Source: Antedon mediterranea (lineage: Eukaryota > Animalia > Echinodermata). From it: a stretch of 64,000 nucleotides of DNA. Below are positions 53,470 to 64,000 of this stretch, piece after piece. The position numbers and the translations under genes are program-made. Each line of letters begins with the position of its first letter. The first letter of the stretch is position 1. The notes below the pieces were generated by a model, which saw nothing but the letters and a program-made list of their open reading frames with translations, ran no database searches and was not told the DNA's origin. The stretch covers positions 5,518,001-5,582,000 of the forward strand of contig NC_092671.1 in assembly GCF_964355755.1 (NCBI RefSeq), written 5' to 3'.

Positions 53470-55070
53470 ATATTAAATTTAATGTATTGAGGCAAATTAA
53501 AATAGACAAATCGAGGAGTTATTGCTCCTTGGTACGAGTAACAAAATAAATTGTATAAATGTAATAATTGTTATATAATGTATGATCATTTTAATAGACC
53601 TATATATAATTAGTATTATAATTTTTTTACATATTTTAACTTTGAAGTTTGTTATTTTTTGTACATTTTAAGTATTTGTTTGTTTGTTATATGGACAGAG
53701 AATATCTACAAATAGTATTAATATCCTAAATATGGATTTGAAGGGACATAATTATATAAGTAATTATAGCATCATTTTTTAAATAATAAGTGAAAACATA
53801 ATTTTATCAGCTCAAAGTACTATAGGATAAATTTATGTATTCAAAATGTTTGAAGAATTAAACGTCAGTAACTTTCTTCATAATTTATTGGTCTATAGGT
53901 GGCGCTATCCTTGCTTGAGTTATCACAACTTGTTGTCCCTCTATTGGTGAATTTAGTATAGCACTAAAGGCCAAATTGTTTGATAATGGTGGATATGCTG
54001 GTTGCTGAATTTATTTCTAAAATGAAATGTATTTAAATCATGGATTTATAGGTCCATGTTTAAATCGTATCTTGTATTTAAACGTTTGAATAACTGTACC
54101 AGCTTATAATAGAAAAAAGTGTAAAAGTTTAATATTTATAATATATTAATATCGCTTTTTACTGTAAATTGATTATAAATTATGCTTAAATGTAAAGGAA
54201 TATTCACTTTTCCATTGATTAAAATATTTCAATGTAATGATGTAATTTGCATAATATAATAATTAAGTATTAATTTATTACCGTATCATGATTGTTATTA
54301 CAAAGTGTAAAAACTAGAAAGATAATTAAACAACATTTTAATGTTAAAACATTCGTATAAAGATGAGTATAAGGTTTTGACTAGACAAATAATGTTTAAT
54401 TTGAAATAATAACATGAAATGAAATAACACTTATATATCATAAATGTAACGCTACGTCGACTAATTTAGGTTCTTTATTTTTGGTTACATTTGTCTGATT
54501 AATTTAACTATTTAATTGGTTTTGGTTTGATTAAATTTAATTTTTATACGTCGAAAAGTAGTATATGAAAAAAAATAAACATTCCTGTAAAGAAAATGAA
54601 ATTACAGATATTTAAACCTATAAAATCGTTGTTTTTCACCGACAATAGTTACACACTATAGAGATTTTCGCGCGCACATGTCGAGTATTTTACAGTCCTG
54701 TATATGAACCGGTGTCTAAGCATTCTGACCCCAGAGGCAAGCTGATTCACACTCCAAAAGTAAAATGTATATTGGATGGGACCATGTCATGTGACAGATG
54801 ACGTTGACGGTATGCAATGGAGGAGAATTCCGTAATTATTAAATTATAATTTGTAAAAGCTGAGGAAAGTTTTAAAACATTCTATTTCTGTCAATGAATA
54901 GTGTTATTTATTATCTTGCATGCATTGATTTTAAGCTTAGACTGAAAATGATATGAAATCAATTGTTACTGAAGGCAAGGTCTATGTTATATGGTATAAA
55001 ATTATATACAAATAAATAGACATATCGTTATTGTACGTAGGTTGTACTCACATATTTAAACGTTAATACT

Positions 55071-55249
55071 TAATAATAATATAATATCATGGATTTATAT
55101 AGCGCCTAATGTTGTGAAACCTCTAAGCACTGAACATTATTACCCCAGTCTTTCTGTCCTGATCGAACACGTATGGAAACACACTCCCATAATGCAGCTA
55201 GTAATCAGCGCAAAGTTTTGTCTTGATTTAACCGGCCACACACACCCTT
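55071..55249 (-). mobile_element. SINE family A, internally deleted copy
   Basis: tail and 3' body match the 45718 copy and join directly to a head-like ccacacacaccctta. Confidence 0.7.
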
Positions 55250-55769
55250 ACATACTTATAACTTTATTGTTATTTATACACTAATTTATTAATTATTCAA
55301 ATATTGGAATTTTATTTTTATTGCAGCTTCGGCTACTTGATACAATATAAAGGCATGTACAACAGTTGATGTACGTGGAACTTATGGGGGCTATTTTAAA
55401 GATTGGTACGTATGCATTTATTAACAAATTGTTGAGTTGCGCTTGGATTGCGTAGTGTTCAGTTTATTTGATATTATTGTGTTTTTTTCTGGTTTGTTGA
55501 CATGTTTTCGAAATAGTTTTTAGTTCAATTTTCCGTTTATTGGCTTATTGTGCACGGAAGCAATGGCCCATCAATATGTTGCCATATTAGTGCAGATAAA
55601 ATGAATCACTTGTGATTTATTATAAAGAAATTATGTTGTGTATTCCAGGGTCGATGTAGGTGGAAGCAGCTTGTAGCTTTCTCCAGTAATTAGTTCATTC
55701 ATCTAGTTCGTTGTGTCTATTTTATTCCGAAACATACCGGAAATGATCGATAATCGCTTTAGTAAAATA

Positions 55770-56150
55770 AAGGTTATTTCACACTAAGGAGCAAGCAAGC
55801 GAATTGACCAATCAAAAGCGATGGATTATTCGAAGTGTTGATTTTGATTAGTCAATTCGCTTTCGTTGCGGTTTTCGTCCTTGCTCTAAAGCTTGGTTTC
55901 TAGGACGTAACGCAACGCAACGTGATTTGACCAATCAGAAACGATAGATACCGTAACAGTCGCTTGTGATTGGTCAAATCACCTACGATTGCGCTTACAT
56001 ACGTGCATTTCGTTTTCAGTTGGGAATCAAGCGTAAGAGGACGCATATGAAACATAAGCACATCACTTCAAATTATTTGACCAATCACTAATGATGGATT
56101 ATTCGGACTGTCGATTGTCATTGGTCAAGCGCGGCAGCATGTTTTCTTTT
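55770..56150. mobile_element. Three abutting degenerate CCAAT-MITE copies
   Basis: repeated ttgaccaatca...gatggattattcg...attggtcaa palindromic core. Confidence 0.7.
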
Positions 56151-57040
56151 CTTTCATATGAGCCCGTAGAATGTTAGACATTTGCACAAATTATAATAGA
56201 CTGGGAATTACCGTAAGACTACGTAAACGCTATCCAAATAATAAAACGTGCCGGTGTCGAAAATACCGTAGTGGTATAGGCACTCTCGAAAACTCAATAT
56301 ATTTCATAAGATTTGACCATTCAAGTTAGTATCTCTTTTACGGTAACATCGTCAACTCGATTTCCGAATAACCCAATTTGCAATACGGAATTGTTTTTCT
56401 CTCTTTGACAACAATAACAGGAGATAAAAATATAATTATCGGCAGCCTGAGCAACATCCGACAATAACAACATGAACAACATCAAGTAACACACCATGTA
56501 TATATTGATTACTTTATAATATGACGTTAATTCGCGTCATTCTGTGTTGTTTCTTCGTGTCGTAAGCCCATCGCCCTTCCCTTCTTTACCCCCAGGGTAC
56601 AGTTTCTGTCAACGCAAGTTGTTGGAGCTATGTATGTATACCGCTAAGACGTCACGGTAAATGATGACGTCATAGCGGCATATGTAAGCATGTTGACAAT
56701 TTCATTACGAGGTTGGGAAAACAGCTTGAAGGCAAGAGACACACGAACACATGTTTTATTTAGACGAAAAAGACGAATTAGTGTCAACATAGTAAATCAA
56801 AATTAATAAGAAAATAAAATTGAATGAAAAGAAGATCCGATTTCCGTTTTTCTACAGCTAAGATGTCAATGTTCGATGCTGATTTTCGGCACTATCGAAT
56901 ACGAAGGTTTTCATTATCTTAACAGGTGTATGTGATTCCAAGAATTAACAGTCTATAATTTCCCCTAGCATTTGTCAACTTTCGCGCTTTATGAACAATT
57001 TCTAGAAATTCACGTTTTTTTTCGTCTTGATTTTTGTACA

Positions 57041-57138
57041 TTAAAGATGTTTTGTCCTCTGAAAAAAACAGGTTTTGTATTTTTGTTGTTGAATATACTG
57101 TAGCCTACTGTGGTTTTTTGGGGACAATGTATTTTTAA
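57041..57138. mobile_element. Kolobok-like MITE
   Basis: TTAA-agatgttttgtcc ... ggacaatgtattt-TTAA; a similar end occurs at 36683. Confidence 0.5.
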
Positions 57139-57572
57139 CCAAATATTTTATATGAAACCATATCTGTAACTGAGCTGTACATAAATGTAGAAAACTTTAC
57201 TGTTGATACACGTTCTGTATTACGTATTTATAGGTCTTAATTTGTTTATACTAATGGTTTTATTTATAGGAATAAGTACAAGATAACAATACGAATCTTA
57301 TGAAATGGGCAAAAAAAAAACCTGGCTAAGCATGGGGCAAGAGGACAAAAATAACTATAAAAGCAAATTTATTTCTATTGTAGAATGTGTCTTTATTTAT
57401 ACATCTCTTTGTAGTTGTATATACTTTTTAAAACGTAAAAAGCCTTCAATTGCCTCATAAACATTTATTACGATCTTAACAATAGAATAATAGTTACGCT
57501 TTGTATAGAATTAACGTACATTTTTGTATGTTCGCGTGTTACTAACACTGTTAGATTATTTCTTAACACTTA

Positions 57573-57720
57573 AGCTTGGTTCTCACTAGGACGCAACGCA
57601 AGGACATAGACGCAATTGACCAATGACAAGCAACAGTTCCAATAATTCATCGCTTGTAATTTGTCAAATCCCTTACGTTGCGTTACGTGGGTGTGTTGCG
57701 TCTCAAATGGGAACCACGCA
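57573..57720. mobile_element. CCAAT-MITE (AGCTTGGTTCCCACTAG family)
   Basis: TIR agcttggttctcactag / tgggaaccacgc, inverted CCAAT core. Confidence 0.78.
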
Positions 57721-57959
57721 TTAAGCAATAATTATACCAGGGAAGAGTAAAATACCATTAGATTAAAGTTAATTATTTATGTTCAAATTGTCTATACTGT
57801 ATTCTGTAGGTTTTACTACTGTTATATTATTATCTGAAGGAATTATGCATATAGGAAATTGCACGGTGTATCGCAAACTTTACAAGCTTATGTTAAGAAT
57901 TGCTCTCATATTAACCTTAGCGTAATTAACAAGGTTTGAACCACACTAGCCTAGTAATT

Positions 57960-58195
57960 CAGCCGATTCTCGGTACTGTATCTATTTCCGAAGTATCATA
58001 GGAATATTTGGTAATACAACATCACATGTGTTTTTCACATGTATCTACAACATCACATGTGTTTCACATGTATCTATGGAAGCTAATCCTTAACCTAACC
58101 TTACATGATACAGGTACCACATGTGATGCTGTATTACCAAATATTCCTATACTTCGGAAATAGATAGTATGTGGAGATACAGGACTGGGAATCGG
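57960..58195. mobile_element. Long-TIR non-autonomous element with cctaacc core
   Basis: about 65-bp inverted arms, GTAATT on both flanks; partial inverted copy at 62448-62615. Confidence 0.7.
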
Positions 58196-58751
58196 GTAAT
58201 TGTATTTATGATTTTGATATACTGTACTACAAATGTGTTTGCAATCAGTTAGAAACTTTTTTTTTATTCATTCGCCAACATTTGAATTACGGTTAAATAA
58301 ACGAAATTACGTAACTTAGTTACCATAATCCTTACTTTTACTAACAATAAACATCACTTAAGCTTGTTTAAACTGTCTTAAAATAGAATTGAGTTCTTTC
58401 TTTAGCGATTGTTGATTAAAGAAAGATTCTCTCATAAGTATTAAATCGATTGTTGAATTCAGCATAAAAACAATGATGGACTTAAATGTCAAGGATGATC
58501 ATAGCGGTAAACACAACTTGCGTTATATAACATCGTTGGGGTAAAAACGCACACACCCGGCCCCAAACGGGACCGAATGTGGTAAAAGTACAACAAACAC
58601 ACTTGTTGTCTGAGGGAAAAGTGATATTAGTTCACTCTTCACTGGTTGTCTTTATAATAAATAATCTACTAAACAGATTTACATACTTTTAGGCCTAAAT
58701 AGCCTTGACTGTGCGTCGTGACCTCTTTATCGATTAATAACCTCTGTATAA

Positions 58752-58900
58752 AGCGTGGTTCCCACTAGAGACGCAACGCAATGACGTACTCGTAGGGTAA
58801 GCGCGTTTACCAATGACAAGCCACTGTTCGAATAATCCATCGTTTGTGATTGGTCAAATCACTTACGCTGCGTCCTTGCGTCGCTAGTGGGAACCAAGCT
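58752..58900. mobile_element. CCAAT-MITE, first of a tandem pair
   Basis: TIR agcgtggttcccactag / ctagtgggaaccaagct, TAA flanks. Confidence 0.88.
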
Positions 58901-58903
58901 TAA

Positions 58904-59083
58904 AGCGTGGTTCCCACTAGCGACGCAACGCAAAGACGTAACGCAACGCAAGTGAATTGACCAATCACAACCGGTGGCTTATTCGCTTGTGATTGCTAAC
59001 TGTCTATAACTTCGCTTGTCATTGGTTAAAACGCTTGCGTTTGCGTTTACGTCCTTGCGTTACGTTCTAGTGGGAACCAAGCT
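58904..59083. mobile_element. CCAAT-MITE, second of a tandem pair
   Basis: same TIRs, separated from the first copy by a single TAA, TTA after. Confidence 0.88.
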
Positions 59084-59918
59084 TTATAGATCAAATGCAA
59101 AAATACACCCACATTATATTTAGGTCTAGTAAAAATACAAAAACAAGGAAATTAGGCCTACGATACATGGCAATTTTTTTTTTTTGCCATGTAATAATTA
59201 TGGTCATGGTTCCCAGTATAGTGATTTTATACAGAACTCATGTCTGTATTCATTTTTTAACTTCACCACTTAACCAAAAATGTAGTTTCACCTTGTATGT
59301 AATTGTATATTGGCGGCGACAAAACGACTACCAACACTTTGGAACATAAATAAAACTGACAATTTGATAAAACATTTAAACAATAAATAATTATTCATTA
59401 GCTCGATCAAAAACATAGAAAAACATTAATTTTGTAAGTTGTGAATGGCAGGTGTCGGATGAATAGCAGTGTCGGATGAATAGCCGTTTCTATTTAGTAA
59501 TGACCTTGTTATTTACCCTAATTAGAGTATTTGAGTTGATAGATAACGAAGGTTATAACTAATTACCCGTTTATGCTTACGTCACACGACTTTCAGTAAT
59601 GGAAATATAATTTCAAATATGATTGTACTAATGCAGTTATAGATTTTCGCTATTTAAAAATTGCTTTTATGAAATGTTCAAATTGGATTGCAATACTTAC
59701 AGAAACTGACATTTTAATGGCAGTTGAAGTCTTAAAACCTTTTTTAAAGCCTACAGTGTAGGCCTAAAGGGTTTTATCCTGATATTAATAAAATTCAGTA
59801 TATAAATAATTATATTTAATTCATTTATCAAACTAACGTACTCAATATTGCACCAGCCTATATAGGAACAAGATTCGAAGAGATCTCCGCTTTTTTAAAA
59901 CATCTGATTTTTGTTGAA

Positions 59919-60787
59919 TTATCGAAACATATACGACGGTATAGCCGAAAATGGTTTCCCTGCCCAAGTTTTAATTGTATTTTCTTGAACATGTGAAGAT
60001 TGACCAGCCTTTACAACAACAGGACTCGAAGATTTCATAGGTGGAGTAATTTTTCGAACGGGTTTTAATGGTCTTGAACCAACAGGCGGACTTCCTCTTG
60101 GGCTCTGAGGTGGACTTGGCGTCCTTATGGGCACTTTTACAGTTTTATTTGCTGAGGACCTTCGCGTTCGAGAAACTGCCGGGAGCCTTACCGGGTGACT
60201 TGTAGGAGATGCACTACCTATAGTGTTCGATCGACGCCTGTAATGGCCTATTGGCTTAGTAGCATTACTGTGCTTGTCAATGTTTGATAAAACCTGTTCC
60301 TCACGAAGGTCGGGTAACGAGCTGGAATGGCGCCTTCTAGAAAGCAGATATTTTTGTATGTCTTCTTCCTCTTCCTCGGCTGGAAATTCCTGCAGACGAT
60401 CTAATCGTCGTGACATATTAAAGACTAAGCTGTTTGCCTGCTTAAAGTGTTCTTCATTTAACGGTATTGAAGGCACCTGTCGTTTGAGTTTTTGGACTTC
60501 TGAAGACTCCATCCAGCGATTAGCAGGTTCTAGTCCAGACATTGCTATCAGATCTGTCAAACAGCGTCTGCCTTGCGCCTCTCGTTCTTGGCGCGCTTTT
60601 GTCTTCCGGACAGCGATTGGTGACAGCAACAACAGATCCGGTGTATCGCACCTACTCTGAATCGCTAAATTCTGCGCAGTGTTGTTGTTCGTTGGATCTC
60701 GAATACTGACATCTGCACCAGATAATACAAGCAGACGACATATTTCTGAATGACCAAGTCGTGCAGCTTCTAACAAAGGTGTGTAAC
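59919..60787 (-). CDS. ANKRD63: Ankyrin repeat protein, ANKRD63-like, coding exon 2
   Basis: ttttag acceptor; splicing restores GYTPLLEAARLGHSEICRLLVLSGAD ankyrin repeat; followed by a Ser/Pro/Arg-rich tail; about 452 aa in total. Confidence 0.85.
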
Positions 60788-60935
60788 CTAAAAATTTAAG
60801 AACAAATATTCAAATTCAGTTTGTATTAAGTTGACAACTATTCTATTTCAATTTCTCCAAACGTGAAGTGAACATTTCATGTCATTTTCTATTTATGGAC
60901 CATATACAGTAGATAAGGCATAATGTGACTCTTAC

Positions 60936-61425
60936 CTTTACAATTCATTTTATCAATATCAAGATTTAAACGCCCAAAGCACGTGATCATTGCCTTGACT
61001 ACGTTGATTCCTTGTTTAATTCGGCAAGCATGTATCAAAGGCGTATCAATTGAATTATCAACAATGTTTGGGTTAGCATCTGATTGATCCGCCAGTACCT
61101 TCACCATACCTTCATCACCACGTAGACAGGCAAGAGCCAAAGCCGTTCTGCCTTCAGTGTTCCGTAAATCGGGATCAATATCTGGCTTCTGTAGCCAGAT
61201 TTTTGCAAGATCTCTCCGACTTTTTGGCAGTAGATCCAACTCGCATATCTTCATCAGGACAGTGTTGCCACCATGTTCTGTGTCTTTTTTGTTAACGTCT
61301 AAACACGGCAGATTCATTGATGTTTTGATGCGAGTGTAACTATTTGTTCTCAGAGCTTCCATCAAAGCATGGGTTGAATTCCCTGAAGAGGTCTTCCTTT
61401 TCAGTTGCATTGTGGAGTCTTTCAT
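60936..61425 (-). CDS. ANKRD63: Ankyrin repeat protein, ANKRD63-like, coding exon 1
   Basis: ATG at 61425 after an in-frame upstream TAA; ankyrin repeats GNTVLMKIC, GRTALALACLRG, DTPLIHAC; FGRLNLDIDKMN resembles ANKRD63 FRRLGL; gtaag donor. Confidence 0.8.
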
Positions 61426-62143
61426 TCTCACAGTATGTTCGATTTATGATACCTCGTCACCAACTAGATTCCAAAGTTGAAGGAATTATGTATCGTCAGA
61501 TGTTATTCCTTACATGCTATCGAATCAGATATGCTTACAATTCTTGTATCTGGAATCAAAGACAAATATTAATTGGTTATATTAAAACGCCTTAATGTGG
61601 TATATAATCTTGCCTCCCTTACCGTTTTTTTTAACAGATCAGATTTTGCATCAACTGATAGGCCTAATCTACTGTCTGTCCACCAGAGAGTTTTTGAGCT
61701 TACGTTCTTTTAAAAATAAACTAAATTATTTGTCTGGGTGTTTGTGAGTGTAATGAGCTGGGATGAGGAGGTGGTGGTTCATGTTTGGTCGGGTATATAT
61801 AACAATAAGAAAAAACCTTTCTTTTGACCCAGTTATCCTTAAACCAAACTGTCGAACCATTTTTTTCTAAACAATGCTGTCATTCATATCATTGTCGTTC
61901 TCACCATTTCTATTGGCGTCTCTTTACTACCGTACTAAAATATAACCGAAACAAACGGGACTCTCGAATTCATTGTAAATATTTAACAAAAGAAAGTAAC
62001 GTGTATAAACAGATTAACTGAGAGGCACGTAACTATAGTAAATTTACAAACACTTAGAAAGACAAAAGCTATAGAATAGTTATCTATAGATTAAATTAGA
62101 TGAACCTTTTAGACCCTATCTCATCTCTTATTTTACCGGATTA

Positions 62144-62314
62144 AAGTCAATTTGCACAGACGAGCGATAACGGTAAGCGGAAAACTGCGCGGAGAATTTG
62201 TATCTATCCTGAGCGGAAACTGCCCGTCCGCTTCGCTTTGTGTGTAAAGGACATAAGGAATAAACATAATTCTATATTTCTATTATCGTACCACTCGTCT
62301 GTGTAAATTGGCCT
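62144..62314. mobile_element. Harbinger-type MITE (AGGCCAATTTACACAGAC family)
   Basis: TTA flanks, TIRs, shared internal gtatctatcctgagc.gaaact. Confidence 0.8.
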
Positions 62315-62447
62315 TTAGATTTAAAGGTATTTGATTCATTGATGATCGACGTGTGGAAAAATATCTGAGTATAGGAAAAAATTAAATTGACGATGGAAAA
62401 GCATGGTCGACCCGACATAACTACTGTATATCCATAACAAGATTATT

Positions 62448-62615
62448 TCACATATGCTGCCTGTACCATGTAAAGTTAGGTTAATGGTTATAGGATACTA
62501 TACTTGTAAAATACAATACATGTAATACAGATACATGTAAAACACATAAAGATGCTGTATTACCAAAGTATTCCTATGATATTTCGGAAATAGATACAGT
62601 ACCGAGAATCGGCTG
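62448..62615 (-). mobile_element. Partial copy of the 57960 long-TIR element
   Basis: gatgctgtattaccaa...ttcggaaatagatacagtaccgagaatcggctg is the reverse complement of 57960-58023. Confidence 0.7.
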
Positions 62616-64000
62616 TCAGGAGCTGAATCTGATATCGTTTTGCAATTTAAGTGAAGCCTTAATCTAATACGAAACGTCATTATTAATATTATATACGTTG
62701 TATCTTGAAAAGATACACCTATCCGATACATCAAAGTTTTAAAATCTTAGATGTCAAACATTAATGGAAACTGATAGTAAATATATAGGGAATATAAAAG
62801 TTCTCCGGGTGGTATATAGCTAAAAATACACACGAATGTAGGCCTACGTTTTGTATACAGTTCAGATTGAAACGTGGTGATCCTTCGGCTTAGGTTCAAT
62901 AATAGGCTATAAATTATGTGATCCATCTTTTGCTCTAAATAATAATCGACATAATAGTGAAAATGAATATTCATCCTGTAGTATTTACGGAGGGGCAATA
63001 ATTCAATCCTCACCTTTGACCGAAAGTTCTAAAAACAAACGCTAATGTTAACATTATGGGTCTATTGGTAATACATTATATTGTAACCTAATCCAAAAAT
63101 AGGGCAAGCATTTATACATATAATAGCATTACATTAAGTTAGTAGTGGATTCCACATTTAGAACACAGTCTTGGATATCTATTGGGAAAATCACTAAATA
63201 CGCTAAGGGAAAATATTTATTGGAGGTAAAAAATTAAATTATTTTGCTCCCGAGTGGGAATTTTTGTTTAGATTTAGAAAGTTAGGATCTATTATAAAGT
63301 TTCATATAGTCTGGCAGACATGGCATAACCTTGCAATTTTGTCGAAAAACTGTAGAAAACATTGTAATGTTGGACGTACACCGTCGGACTAATTAATAAC
63401 ATAATAATAGCTACATCACATATATTAGAACTTGTATTTTCCCTAATTTTTACATGTAATTGTTGCTTGTAAGTTTTCAAATGTTTCACTACACAATATA
63501 TAAATATCGCGAGTACTCAATCATTGTTGGACCTACATTTAGCTTGAGGCCTTCCTCATTTTCTAATCTACCATTTTCACCATCAACCATGTGTTAAAAC
63601 TTATATTTGGCCCTGACCCACGATTGTATTTTGAAGTATGAAATAATTAAAACACGAAAATATTATAACACGTTTCTAAACATAGCCTACCATTGCTAAT
63701 ACTCATAGTGATCATTTTTTATAATAGGCATACTTTTAATATATAATACTAGGTTTTAGATGTATATTTTTAATGACGAACACTATGCCCATGGTATAAC
63801 AATAGTATCAGTGTAATAGTACACTCTTTAGCAAAAAGTTATAAACATCCAAAAGTATAATAGTTTTAAAAATACTGTAGGCTACTTCGAAAAAAGGTGT
63901 GCCTAACACTAACGGTAGTAAGGTATGTTTATCAGCGCACACTTAACCTTCGATTTCACCTGAATACTAAAAACACTGTGTCAACAAACCAAATTACAAC

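Noticed and set aside
60274-60660. 128-aa plus-strand ORF (also antisense ORFs 53168-53495 and 29980-30267)
   Set aside because: Shadow ORFs antisense to real coding exons

Overview
AT-rich eukaryotic (animal) genomic DNA, probably an invertebrate deuterostome such as an echinoderm (inferred from gene content and SINE types). Most of the window is one + strand semaphorin-5 gene. I reconstructed 24 coding exons by hand (22508-53463, about 2.8 kb CDS, about 935 aa), all with GT-AG boundaries and consistent phases: Sema domain, PSI, six TSP1 repeats, TM helix and a short acidic tail. The signal-peptide exon was not found, so it probably lies upstream of a >22 kb intron. A two-exon ANKRD63-like ankyrin gene lies convergently on the - strand (61425-59919). 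Introns and intergenic DNA are dense with non-autonomous elements: several PIF/Harbinger-type MITE families (TAA/TTA TSD), Tc1/mariner-, hAT- and Kolobok-like MITEs, tRNA-derived SINEs, LINE 3' tails and an 823-bp foldback palindrome with a 6-bp TSD. No transposase, CRISPR or prokaryotic system is present, and I found no clear evidence of a wholly new system. The best leads are the foldback element inside a pair of inverted MITEs, the Sema5 peculiarities (6 rather than 7 TSP1 repeats, RGKRGD motif) and a cluster of CCAAT-carrying MITEs.
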